Source: Conidiobolus incongruus B7586 (taxonomy: Eukaryota). From it: a stretch of DNA of 33,647 nucleotides. Positions 1-12,737 of the stretch are shown here, piece by piece. The position numbers and the translations under genes are program-made. Numbering within the stretch: the stretch's first letter is position 1; each line of letters begins with the position of its first letter. A model generated the notes under the pieces. It ran no database searches and was not told the origin of the DNA. It was given only the letters and a program-made list of their open reading frames with translations. The stretch covers positions 1 through 33,647 of the forward strand of contig JNEM01010796.1 in NCBI GenBank assembly GCA_000697335.1, given 5' to 3'.

Positions 1-2833
1 TTTTCAAGTTATATAATTAATAATTTATAAAAATATTATTAAACAAGTTTTATTATTTGAAATTTGAAATAATCAAAACAAAATCAATCTATTCTAATTT
101 AATTAAATAACTCTATATTAAAAGAATATCTTATTTCTAAAATAATATTATAGTTATTTTTATTTACTTAAAGCTATATAAATATTATTAACAAAGTAAT
201 TAAAAAATTCAGTAATCTATTAAAAAAGTAATTATTATATATAATAAATTGATATATTAAAAATATTATACTATATGTCTTCGGTTATAATATAAAAAAG
301 GATAATATTTATATATTAAATCAATGATCATATTTTCTATGTGAATAATTAAAGAGATGATTAATTACAATGATAACCTTATAAATGAAGTATAGTTACA
401 ATATAAAGAAAGATTTAAAGTCAATAATTAGTTTAAAATATGATTCAATATAAATCAGATATATTGAGTTACTGTCAATAATAAATCATAGTCAAGAATA
501 GTAATTAAAATTATTAAATGATTAAAGAATAATTTAAAAAAAATTAATGAAATGAATAATAATGATATAAGATAAAAGAAAAAAGTTTATATATCAAATT
601 GAAATAGCATATAAAATTGAATTTCAATATAAAAGGATTTTGGAATATAAAGGACCATAAAGAGCAAAAAAGTATAATTAATAAAAGATGAAATATAAGA
701 AAATAAAGATATAGTCATTTGATCTAAATTGATTATTGAATTAAATAGAAAATTAATGATGAAATTCAAATATATCAACCAATCAATCAATAGAAAATAA
801 CTGTTAGAAATTCAATAATATAGCCGATTTATTAATAAAAGGATTTATTATTTATATTGCAAAATATCAAAATCTAAGCACTAATAAGATTCAAAATTAA
901 GTTTGTATTGAATTATAAAAATAAATTTGAAATTTTTGATTAATGTTGAATTTATCAATCAAGTTAAATATTATTAATACTGCTAACTCGAATAAAATAT
1001 AATTTAAAATTTAAATAAATTTCAAAAGAACACTTGTTAATATCTAAGATCGACAATATTCGATAAGCAAAACAAATATTAATGTGTTATATAATAAATG
1101 ATCAATATATATTAATAAGAGCAGGTTTATAAATAATCCTCATTCAATAATAAATAGTAATTTATTTTGATCAAATATATACATAATAAGCTCTAAAATA
1201 TATTATATAAAATGCTAAAATCAACGATTCTTAATATCATCCCCTTTGAAATAGTCATATATTATATAAAATTTTGAAATTTGCGTACTAAATATTTAAT
1301 TATTAATTTACCTGTTATTAAAGTATTATAAAATAAGACAAGATTTTAGTCGAACAGAGAAAAAATGAAAGTATATATATGTATTATATTGAAATTGTAG
1401 TAAGAGGATATTTTCATAACCATTATTTGTTTATTAAAATTTAATATTATTCTTGATCAAATGTAAATTTAGCAATTTTGTCGAATTAAGAAAATTAATT
1501 AAAAATATACGATGAATATATATATACATATATGTAACATGACAACTGAAATGTAGATTAAATTAATAAAAATTAATAATTAAGGATATTTCAGAAAATG
1601 AAGTGAATTAATAGATAAGAATTCCAATAATATAAATATAACTTATTAAAATTAATATTCAGATATATAAAAAATTTTTTGATTCAATATTAAAATTAAT
1701 TAATTATATAAATATATATTTGAAAATCCAATATATTTGAAAAAACTAATTTAATCAAAGTTTAATTATTGTGAAATAAAATCAAATTAATTATATATTT
1801 AATAATAAAAATTTTGAATTAATATTATCAAATTTGGTTCAATACTATTCTCAACTTGATATTTTATTATTGAATTAAAACTATATAATATTTTTATTTT
1901 GAATTATATTTACAAAATTTAATATAAATAAAAAACAGTGAACAGTTTTCATAAAGTTATTAAATAACTTGCTTTTAAAGATAAAAAAAAGTGCAAAAAT
2001 GAATGATTTCAGTAAAAATGATATTATAAATACAATCACTATTATATAACTAAATTTGAATATTTTTTTTGGTAATATATGAAATTTCAATTAGAATATG
2101 ATATTGTAATTATAATTGAAGTTATTACATTTTATAAAAGATAATAGGAAAAATACTTGCTTTTGTATATATTATCATTTAAAAAATTAAAGTAATAAAA
2201 TAATCAAATTGAAATTTATATATTTTATGCCAATGATGAATTAGTAGTATATGATAACGAAGAGTTTACTGGAAATACAATGTTTATAAATAATCGAATA
2301 TTTTTATTCGATTAATCACTAAGTTAAAAAATATAATATATTCTTTATTCTTAAAACATAAGAATTATTGAAATAAATATTATTCTAATTTCGATTTATA
2401 TTGTCACCAATTTAAAATACTAGATTGGGAATTAATTTTTCAGGTTAAAAAATATATATTTACAGAAATAAAATAAATATTTAATAATAGTATATAATAA
2501 AAATAGTTAAAAGATATAGATGATGAGCATGATTAAAATGAAATTAGTAATGCTATTTTTGATTAATGAAATATTAATTATAAATTTCAACTAGAAAAAT
2601 GTAAAATATAATATATTGAACTATGGATATAATGTTAAGATTAAATTAAATCATAGGAAATTGAAAACCTTTTACTCGAACCGTGTCAAAGAATAAGATT
2701 AAAATCCTGATAATAGTACAATAAGTGAAAATTTAATAATATGGATATCTTATAATACTAATAAATAAATCGGATAGTAAAAGATCGATTATCATAATAA
2801 TATGGAACTATAGAGGAAATACTTACACTTCAA

Positions 2834-4660
2834 TCAATCAAATTGTATGATGTTGTCCAAAAATGAAAAGGAGCATTTCACCTCACCAGTAGGTGATTCT
2901 GATAGTCTATACTCTTCAAACTCATTGAACTTCATTCCCAATTGCAAGTGCCACTTTCGGAATTGCTCACGAATTGGTTCAAACTTGCTTATGGGATCAA
3001 GACTCAATTCACGGTCGTTTGGAGCATAAATAACTAGAGAATCGTTATACGATTCTTGGTTTGTAAAGTTGGTAGGCATAGGGCGATCGATCTTTTTGAA
3101 TTGTAGATCTTTCATATTCATATCAATACCATATGAAGTGTGATCAAAAAAGTGGCCAAAATAGTCAAAGAAAGATAATATCAAGTTGCTGAGATTACTC
3201 TTGGCTAGGCGGTGAGTACGAATATGATGACAGCCCATAATTGCTACAGCAAGGGAACTGATATCAACTTTCTCCTTAGATTCTTTCAAGAAGATACTGA
3301 CCAAAATGGTAAGCGGCCTTAGAACTGGAAATTCTTCAAAATACTCGTTTATCAATTCTGTAGCATTGAGATCTTCTGGAGAATTGATAATAAACTTGAT
3401 GGTTATTTGTGAATCTAGGTGAACCATTTTAAGTGTAGTGAATTTAGAATGAGAGAGAGTTCCTTGATCCACTGAATATCCATGACGTTGAAAAATCTGC
3501 CCGAAATGATGCTTAAGCCCATTAAGATTGTTATTTGACTTCTGCACAGGAGTTAGAATCAGAATATGAAGATCGCTTGTGGATAGCGCGAGCTTTGTGG
3601 GAAAATCACCAATAGCATGTACGCGATATGTCGGAAACTGCCTGGATAGTGTTTGAATAACATTATTTAAAATTGTCTCTCTAAATAGGATTTGTTCAGG
3701 GGATGGGGATAGATAGAATATTAATTGGGTCAATTCTTCCTCAAAATAAATTGGAGAAGCAGTCATGAAGTGTAAAAAAGGTGGCTTAGTCAGCCAAACA
3801 GGTGCTCTGTATGTAGGTTTGGGGAAGGAGATAGGTAATGAGACGGATGCATGTTGCGTGAATTGACGTTTGCTTTCTTCGACGTTTTTACTAGTATTTG
3901 ATGTGATAGGCTGATTAATGTAATCGAGATTGTTAGATTTTGGAATTTGTGACTTTTCTAGATTTGGTTTTTTAACAAAATCGTGTGATTTTGAACTATT
4001 TTTTTCACAGGATTGGTAGAGAGACCTTTTCAATGGATTCAACTTAGCTTCTTTATCGATTTTAGTAGATTCTTCAAATTGATTTGTATCAGTGCTCGAT
4101 GAGAAATGAATTGCTTCAGGCTCTTTAATAATTGAAGATAATTCATATTTAAGAGAATGAGTCAATTCAAGAATTTCATTTAGCTGATACTTGCATAGAA
4201 TATTAGATTTGAAAATTGAAAAATTATGAAAATTAATACTAACCTGTGTAGATTTGTTTTGTTCAACTTTAGAGGAAATATTAACTGAATCAAGAGAATT
4301 TGTTGGTAAACTAATATTACTAGCAGGGGGAGTAATGCTAGCTTCAGAAGAACATGAAGTGTCAGAAATTTGAGTAATTTGTTCATTGACATTTTGTAAA
4401 TTGATATTTATATGTGAATTTTTAACTTGTGGTTGTCTATATATACTCGAAACATTAAATGTAATATGTTTACGAGGCTGACAAAAATTTAAAAGAGATT
4501 TTTCAGAATAACAAGTAGCAGATGTTGAAAGAGGACTTTCCTGAAGATTACTCTGTAAACCTTGATCAATACTTGCATTCATGCGCGCCACTTCAAGTAG
4601 TGCAAATTGCAATTTTGACCTAGCATTTTCTGAAGATTTGTATATATTGGAAGATGACAT
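2834..4660 (-). CDS. TRF4/PAPD5-like non-canonical poly(A) polymerase paralog, predicted catalytically inactive (608 aa, single exon)
   Basis: The C-terminal ~320 aa align by eye with the TRF4 at 23282-25098: YFEEELTQLIFYLSP/YFAEELNQLIKFISP, EEFPVLRPLTILV/EEFPQLRWLTMLV, YFGHFFDHTSYGID/YYGTVFDHQTYGID. The nucleotidyltransferase motif reads AIGDF..SDLHIL instead of AFGSF..SDIDLV. The N-terminus is long and S/N-rich. Confidence 0.85.
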   Translation of the reverse strand: MSSSNIYKSSENARSKLQFALLEVARMNASIDQGLQSNLQESPLSTSATCYSEKSLLNFCQPRKHITFNVSSIYRQPQVKNSHININLQNVNEQITQISDTSCSSEASITPPASNISLPTNSLDSVNISSKVEQNKSTQVSINFHNFSIFKSNILCKYQLNEILELTHSLKYELSSIIKEPEAIHFSSSTDTNQFEESTKIDKEAKLNPLKRSLYQSCEKNSSKSHDFVKKPNLEKSQIPKSNNLDYINQPITSNTSKNVEESKRQFTQHASVSLPISFPKPTYRAPVWLTKPPFLHFMTASPIYFEEELTQLIFYLSPSPEQILFRETILNNVIQTLSRQFPTYRVHAIGDFPTKLALSTSDLHILILTPVQKSNNNLNGLKHHFGQIFQRHGYSVDQGTLSHSKFTTLKMVHLDSQITIKFIINSPEDLNATELINEYFEEFPVLRPLTILVSIFLKESKEKVDISSLAVAIMGCHHIRTHRLAKSNLSNLILSFFDYFGHFFDHTSYGIDMNMKDLQFKKIDRPMPTNFTNQESYNDSLVIYAPNDRELSLDPISKFEPIREQFRKWHLQLGMKFNEFEEYRLSESPTGEVKCSFSFLDNIIQFD

Positions 4661-4771
4661 TATATTTGGATAAAAGTAAAAAGGAAAAAATATAATATAA
4701 TAACCTGAATTATATTCAAAGTTTAAATGTTGTCTAATATGAACAACAGTAATATTTTACAATATAAATAT

Positions 4772-4792
4772 TATATATATATATATATATAT
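4772..4792. repeat. (TA)10 microsatellite upstream of the TRF4-like paralog
   Basis: Directly visible TA run. Confidence 0.85.
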
Positions 4793-5759
4793 CTTATCTT
4801 TTTTATCAATTTTTTAGAACATTAACATTGATCAATTTAAAATCAATCAAAAAACACTTAAAATCAATTTGACATCATATTTAATATTGTGAAATTAAAT
4901 TTCATTGGTCGAAATATAAATTCAATTCTGAAAAATACTTGTTTGTTTCAAAGATTAGAATTCAGAATGTTCAATCAAATATTATGTTAATTGAAGTTGA
5001 TGACGAATTATAAGGAACTATATCTTTAAAAGATAATATTCATTACTTTATTTGCATCTAATAATTTTAAGTGTCCGCTAAATTTAAGCTTAATAAATTG
5101 TTTTAATTTCTTCGAATAAAGTTTATAATGACATCATTATATATCATTCGAAATTGGTTTTGAATTATTAATTATATTGAATTAAATTTTTTTAAGATTT
5201 ATTGTTAAAATCATTATTATTTATGAAATTTAATTAATTTGAAAGCAAATAAGCAAAACATCCAGTAATTTTGTATTTTTCTTTCATATATTTTAACCTT
5301 AATTTGTTTATATATTTTTTTATAAATTAAAAAAATAATTTTGATTTGGAAATTTGTTTGAATATTTTGAAATTTTATAATTAATGATATTTTAATTGGA
5401 ATAATTAAAATGAATAGTAATTGAATAACAATATTATTATTATTCAATTGATCAAATTATTTGTGAATTTAACTAATTTTTAGTGAATTACAACAGTGCT
5501 TGAATTGAAACTAAAATAATCAGTAAAGATTTAATTTCATATAATCACAAATAATTTGATCTCAAGCCAATAGTATATTGACATTATAAACTATCATAAA
5601 TAATTTAGTCATTTTTAAATTTTATAATACTATTATTCTGTAAATAATTAAAAAATTCAGAAGAGTACAAATAAATATCAAATTATTATATGTCACAAAT
5701 ATCATAGAATTTATAATACAATATGTGAAATTTATTTGATTCTATGATATAATTATATA

Positions 5760-6614
5760 TTAATCAAGAGTTGGTTTAGCGCATTTTCTAAATTCAATAA
5801 CTTGAGTTTTAGGACATTGCATTTCAATCCAAGAAATAGGAATCATCGTTTCACCTAATTGATTGATTTAACATGATAAAAAATTAATTGAAATAAATAT
5901 TATGGAATTTACCAGCAATACTCTGAGCCATAATAACACCGAATTCATTTTTAGCAGTTGATAAATAGTATGATTTAGAGTCACCCAAAGATATCTAGTC
6001 ATTACAAGTATTAAACATTAATGTTATTCAGTTGAATTTAAATTAATTACCACTTGAGCTTTGACGATATCACCAGGTCTGAAATTTTTATTAATTTGAA
6101 CTTTATCAATTTCAGTAGCTCTAACATCTTGTACTCTATAAAATCACATAAATAACCATGAAATCAGTAATAGCTATCATTAAGATATTACCTGATAACA
6201 CCTACAAAATTATCTTTGCAGGGTTGATTATTGACTAACATAATATTTACAGTAGCTTGTTTGGAATTTATTCTGGATACTTGTCCAATGACCTAATCAT
6301 AAATGATGAATATATAATTTTTATAATATAAAAAATTATAAATTTACAATTGAACCAACATCAGGAATTACTGGAGGTAATTGAGCACCAACGACCGAGA
6401 TAGTAGGTAACTAAAGAAAATGCATCAACTATTTTAAATATTTAATTACTCAATTAATAATTACTTGGTCTCCTTCATTTTGAACAATTTTCTTTTCTCC
6501 AATTAAACTGGCATAAATGAATTCATCTTTAATATAAGTTCCAATTCCAATTTGGTATTCTGATTTATAACCTAATGGCGTTCCTGGTGTTACAATTTCT
6601 GAAGATTCTTTCAT
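5760..6614 (-). CDS. CSL4: Exosome complex cap subunit Csl4/EXOSC1, 6 exons (6614-6465, 6410-6348, 6292-6192, 6135-6051, 5994-5913, 5854-5760)
   Basis: Hand splicing at GT-AG introns gives MKESSEIVTPGTPLG...IPDVGSIVIGQVSRIN...[53 protein letters not shown]...MIPISWIEMQCPKTQVIEFRKCAKP*. These are the Csl4 S1 and Zn-ribbon signature motifs. The gene is absent from the ORF track. Confidence 0.96.
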
Positions 6615-9385
6615 TTTTTTATTTTAATATATATTTAATAATATAATTGTTATTCAGATTTTTGCAATTCCGAATCAATTCAATTTAAAATCTAATTGTC
6701 TTATTTCATGATTATGGGATTGACTTCACATTATAGAATATTAAAATTGACTAAAACATCGTTCAAAATGAATTATTAATATATATTAACAAAGTGTAAT
6801 TTGAATAAACATTAAAACAAAAGTATGATTTTTCAATGATGCCAATATCTTAAATTTAAATTATTTCAAAGTAAGTGATAATTACAATTTTGTCCAATAA
6901 GATTCGTGAAGCGTAGTGAAATAAGATGATAAAATTATCATAAGCCAATAATTTGAAATGATATAGGTTTAAATGAAAAATAATTAATGATTTTTAGGAT
7001 ATCTAAATTGATGACATCCTTTGTGTGGAGAAAATGGTCAAAATAAATTTCATTTTATATATTGTATTGCGAAAGATAATTTGAGGATAATAATAAATTA
7101 AATATTTAAGAATGAAAACAAGACTAAATTTAATAATTTATTTTATATTAAACCAAATATATAATACAGTTCGAATTACCTAAAATATAAAAATGATTAA
7201 TAAATATTCCTGTAAAACGATTAATAAAATAAAAAAAGAAAACATCAGTTGTGGGTAATTGAAACCATGGGTGCACGTCTTAAAGACTAATCGATTTTTT
7301 TGGTCTCATCATATAAAATTTTAAAAAATTAAAACTGAACATTACCTTATAATAATAACTTGAAAATAATTGATTTTGCAAACTCGACAATTAAAAAAGT
7401 ATTTAGAATTGCCAAGTGTTGAAAAATTAATATATGAGTTAAATTGAACAAACTAAGGAATACTCAAGGTATTTAAATGAGAATCGCTAAGTTGTCAATT
7501 TAAAATGGAAGCTAAGGATCAAGATTGCAAAGATTTCAAATTTATTTTAATTTTTGAGAATGGTTAATTATGGGATATTATTCAAAAAATCCTTTCTTTT
7601 AATTTGTATAACCAATTGAATTAACCTTATATTGGTAATATATTTCACCGGTAACTTATGAATTTTTTAAGTTTAAGATGGATAACTAATCACTAATCAA
7701 TAGATCAAAATTTAATCATCAATAAAAGACAATTAATCAAATCTCAACCAGTTTGAATTTTACATTGCTCGAAATTACAAAATCTTATTAATGCAAAGAG
7801 ATTTCTTGCTATTTGAAGATCAAATTTAATTAATTTATCCAATTATCACAACATTTCACAATTTTATAATATAATATATTAAAAATGCATATCTATCAAA
7901 AATAATTGAAAATTCATACAAAATTAGATTATATAATTATTTATGTAATTAGTACAAGTTGATTAAAAATATTGCGAGTGTAGTAATTTTTTAATTTTAT
8001 TCAATAATCTATTATAATCGATTATAATGTAACATTCCAAAATATTTATAAATTAAAAACATTAAAATTTCATTAATTATTCATAATGTATCAAAATAGC
8101 ACAAATAAAAATTGTTGATTAATAATTATTAAATAAAGAATATGAATTCGGAACTTTGAAATATAATTGAATTTAGGTTTAGTCAATATTCTTCATCACC
8201 AAACAAAAATTTATATAGTAATTATAAATATCCCATAAATATTAATTTATTCAAATTAAATAAATTTGAAATTGAATTCACAATTTCGAATTCGTTCCAA
8301 AAACCTCCAATCAAGATTATTTCACAAGTATTTGGTTCAGAATTTTTGTCAATTTCTTCACTAGTCAGCAACGATGGGTGTAGAATTTGATAATAATTGA
8401 ATCGTCTTTTAATTACTTTGAAATCGTGAATATTGGAGTAGATTGACTATTTTCAATGACCTTATACAATAATCTGATTGATGATATCCTTTCTGTGAAG
8501 AATTGATTGAAATTGGATTATTGCTCAATAAATTATTAGTTTTAGTTGAGATTGAATTGTTGGAAATACATATCAAAAAAAAAATAAGATAAATGTGTTA
8601 ATTAATAAATCTCATATTTATTAAAATTTATTTAATTAACAATTTAGTTTACCTATAATCGAAAAATTGTTTAGTAAGTATTCATAAAATAATAATGAAT
8701 AAATATTAAAATAAAAATCAGAATTGCACATATTATAACCATTGGTGTGTCTTAGAGAGAAACCGTAAATAAATGTGTTTTTTCATCAAATAATTTATTC
8801 TAATAAAAAAAATGATTACCTTTTCAGATTGATTAATAATATATAATTTTGTGTTGATAAATATGTATGGATTAAGCGAAACTTTTCAATCCAAAGAGAA
8901 ATGAAAATTGACAAGTATTATTAAATCCAAATTTGATATAGATTTAGCCATTTATGTAATTCCCCACGCTTGCAAAGAGGATCACAAGGTAATCAAATCA
9001 TATTGTAAGTTAGAGTTTGGATTCTGGAAAGTTTTGTTGTTTTATATACAGATTAATTTTGTTTATTAATTATGGGATTATTCTTTTAATAAATTACTGA
9101 CAGAATATATTTAGATATAAAAATGAAAATTTTAATAAAATATCCAAAATATTTAATATAAATTTGGACTAGCTTCAATATAGTGAATTTTATTTAATAG
9201 TATAGGTACATTGCAAAATTGTGTATGAATAAACTATTTGATTAAAAATTTTCAAATTTGATATAAGCATCACAATAGTATTAATAAAGTCAGAATATTG
9301 AAAACTAACAAACTGGTTGAAAACTAGCCTTATTCAAATTTGAGATTGATTTGATTGTATAGATTATTATATTAAGTAAAATATT

Positions 9386-10296
9386 TTAAAAATTACGTAT
9401 ACTTGAAGTAGTACTAACCGACATATGTCTAACGTATAAGAAAGTTTCGGCGCCAGCAACAATCAAAGCAGCTAAAAATCCAATTAATATTCTAAGACCA
9501 GTATCGTCAGTAATTTGGTAGGAGACCCAATATCCAGCTGTAAACACTGCGATAGCTGAGAAAATAATATTGAAAATTGCGGTGAGTGAGCCTTTCATCT
9601 CATTCCATTCAGATTGTGTAGATTGGTTTCCTTGTAAATTCGGCGTCGCTCCAACTGCGAAGTTGGGATCGACATTGGCGACCATTTGATAATATTCTCT
9701 ATTCTGCTGATCGATTGAGATTTGATTGAGACGAGTGTCTAATTCTTGGTTCTAGCGTACGTTAATAATAAGAGGGGATGTAAGATGGGATGAGGATGAA
9801 GGGAAGGTTGCGAGGTTACCTTACTCCTCTTGACTTGAGGCTCTATATAAATGGTACTTCCTTTAACTAGTTCGTGAAACCAGTATTTCGATTTGTCTAA
9901 ATGTATAGAGTAAGTTTAATATCAATAAATTAATTTTAACATTTTTATTAAGAAAATTCGATATAATAATATTGATATAAATAAACATTATTTACCTATT
10001 CCAGAGTTATTACTATTTTCCATTTTCAATAAATATTGAGAAATGACTTTTAATAATTCTACAGGATATGGATGTGATTTTAGTTTCTCTTTAATCACTT
10101 CATCTTCTTGTAGCAAAGGTATTTCAGCACCGTCACTCGAATGTGAAGGAGAAGGTGGTTCATATTGAGGTAAAGGTTCATTTAAATAATTTCCCAAACT
10201 GCTCCTGATTCGATTTCTTAATTGAGTGTCGGCATCTGGAGAATGGAATACGAGTAAACTGGCCTCTCTCATACGCTCTGTTAAAGTCAAATTCAT
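9386..10296 (-). CDS. VMA12: V-ATPase assembly factor Vma12/TMEM199, 3 exons (10296-9996, 9896-9820, 9751-9386)
   Basis: The spliced product contains LTLTE near the start, WFHELVKGSTIYI, ELDTRLNQI..QQNREYYQMV, and two C-terminal TM helices ending LIVAGAETFLY, which is the typical Vma12 layout. Confidence 0.88.
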
Positions 10297-10963
10297 CTTG
10301 GATACTTTTCTTTATTTAAAATTCATATAAAAATTCAAAGCAAACAGAAGTAATATAAAAACCTAAAATTTAAGTTATAAATATAAAAATTCGAAATTTT
10401 AATTATAATATTATTACAATTATGATAATCTAACAAATATATATAAATTTTTAATTTGATTTCATAATATAACAACTTGTATCAATATTTAATATATTGG
10501 GAAAGTTCATTCAATACCAAATTAATGATTAACAAAATATTTATATATAATATAAATTTTCAGATTTATGGGTGTAAAATAACAGTCAAATTAATTTGAA
10601 TTATTTTAAGTCAATTATTCATAAATAAATTCTATATGGAGGAATTATTGTTAGTGTAATTATTTTCACTCAATTAAAGCCAACCACGTTTGTTTACCAG
10701 TTATTTTGTTAAATTTGAATAAAATTCATAGAAAATATTGGATAAATTCTTAATGGTTTATTATTAAATTTGTTGGTAGCAATTAGTTGGATATAGTGAA
10801 CCTGGTTATTTCAATATCGAAATTTCAAAATTATAGCAAAAAATTAGCTATAATATTAGGCAAAGTTATAAGTCTTTTGTTTTAATAAACTAAAATAAAT
10901 ATGCAAAAGATATAAACAATAAATTTATAAGCTTTCTCAACAATTTAGATGTCAGTCAAATCA

Positions 10964-11782
10964 TTATTGAAGCTTTTCTCTCAAATATTTAATATCATCA
11001 CTATTCAACTCGTCAAACCAATATGCACTAAAATATCCAATTTTCAAAAGTTCAAACTCTGATCTTACCTTCCAAATTTTATATATCGTTTTAGATATCT
11101 TGTGAAATCTTTTATATTTCTTGCTTGCATTAAACTTGTTCAACGCTTTATCAAACTCAGCCGCACAGTTGTATGTAGAAGTAAATTCACCAATTTTATA
11201 CAACAATAATAAGAAATTATTTTTGATTCTCCTATTGGAACTATTGGAATACATTTGATACCATTGATCCAATTGCCTGCAGTAATATATCACACCTGTT
11301 TCTTTATCTTTTATTCTCTTACGTTTTATCATACAGTCAACTCCATGCTCATTCTTGATTATATTGAGTAAAGCATCGAGTAATCTCTCTCTGCTTGTAA
11401 TTTTTCTGTCAAATCTTGATTTAATTGGATTTTGATTAGTTGTAGCATCTTTAAATTCATTTATTATTTCTGATACCCCATTTTTTGAATCAATTTGGTC
11501 ATTACCTTGTTGTTCTTGAATTTTTCTGATTACCTTCAAATTTCCTTTGTTTATAATTTTATATTCAGGACGATCTGAAATAGTTGAAATATTACTATTT
11601 TTATTTCTAGGAAATTCAGATACTTTTCCCGATTTGTAGTTGGTATGAAGATAAGATCCTTTGAGATTATCGTTTAATGAAGTTTGATTCAAAAGTCTAT
11701 CTTGTCTTGATAGAGTAAATTTAACTTCGTTCAAAAGATTTTTTACTTGATCTTTTATTACTTTATAATCTTGTCTTGACAT
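10964..11782 (-). CDS. Orphan basic protein (272 aa), intact member (copy 1) of a local tandem family
   Basis: A 272-codon ORF in very AT-rich DNA. Two homologous decayed copies lie nearby and conserve WY, LLLLYKIGE, HKI and SxYWxDEL. Confidence 0.8.
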   Translation of the reverse strand: MSRQDYKVIKDQVKNLLNEVKFTLSRQDRLLNQTSLNDNLKGSYLHTNYKSGKVSEFPRNKNSNISTISDRPEYKIINKGNLKVIRKIQEQQGNDQIDSKNGVSEIINEFKDATTNQNPIKSRFDRKITSRERLLDALLNIIKNEHGVDCMIKRKRIKDKETGVIYYCRQLDQWYQMYSNSSNRRIKNNFLLLLYKIGEFTSTYNCAAEFDKALNKFNASKKYKRFHKISKTIYKIWKVRSEFELLKIGYFSAYWFDELNSDDIKYLREKLQ

Positions 11783-12737
11783 GATAATAGACCACCAGCA
11801 TAATAAACATCAGTAACCATAATTAATATTTATATAAATTCTTCATTTAATATATGCAAATAATTTATACTATTTTCAGATATGTGGCAAACCAAACTGT
11901 TAACAAAACTTAATGCATGTGAAATATAATGGTTTAAATTATAAGTATTTTAACGAGTGATATATGATATTATATACATAATAAATACTGATACTAGTTT
12001 TTGATTTATTATATCATGAAGTGTTAATTATATCAAACAATTAATATCAGTTCACTATTTTATTTTATCAATACATATTGAACAAATCTGATATTTTAAC
12101 CATAATTTTACCAATTTAAATATATCATGATATTCCCAATAATACCAAATTAAAATATTTTTCTAGTCTCATTACATTAAGATATTTTAATAAGCATATC
12201 ACCACATCTGTATATCAAGAAAAGTAATTTCAATAAAATATATCTCTTCTGCAAATTATATTTTTAAAAATTTTTTCTTCCAAATGTTTATATTTAATAT
12301 TCTGTTTAATTAATATTTGGTAGAATCATGAATATTAGTACTTGAAAGATTCAAAATCTGATATGCCCGAACTATTTAATAAAATATAATTTGTTTATTA
12401 TCGCTACAGTAATATTTAGATCATGTCTCTTATCGGGGCATCTATTGATAAGTTTGAAGAAGTTATATGTCTTGATTAATTATGATTATATTTTTTACAA
12501 ATATTTTAACATGATATATAAAAATTTATTTATTTTTTAGTTGAACATATTTAAAATGAAAAATGCTATCAATGATATAGAAGTTTTTATTTGATTCTGA
12601 ATGTGTGTTGCTTATCTATGTAAATGATTTAACAATATAAATAATGTGTATAAATATGACAATAGTTAAACTTTCACTAAGTACATATTATTCAAAGAGC
12701 AAATACAATGAATATGCTCGAGTATTAACAAATGAAA

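Noticed and set aside
2834..4660. Retrocopy origin for the intronless dead TRF4
   Set aside because: The homologous part of the active TRF4 is also intronless, so lack of introns is uninformative. No poly(A) tail or target duplication was seen.
587..5447. Short F/I/L/K-rich ORFs at 587-790, 1881-2090 and 5217-5447
   Set aside because: Their composition simply mirrors AT-rich DNA, they start at non-ATG codons, and they show no motifs.
7400..7815. Plus-strand frame with an LRR-like look (LELPSVEKL...ILHCSKLQNL)
   Set aside because: Stop density is about what random AT-rich sequence gives, and there is no supportable homology.
9305..9418. Possible extra VMA12 intron (GTTAGT at 9418 to AG at 9329) giving the C-terminus MSASFQPVC*
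   Set aside because: The unspliced frame already terminates plausibly, and neither form yields a KKxx signal. It cannot be decided without cDNA.
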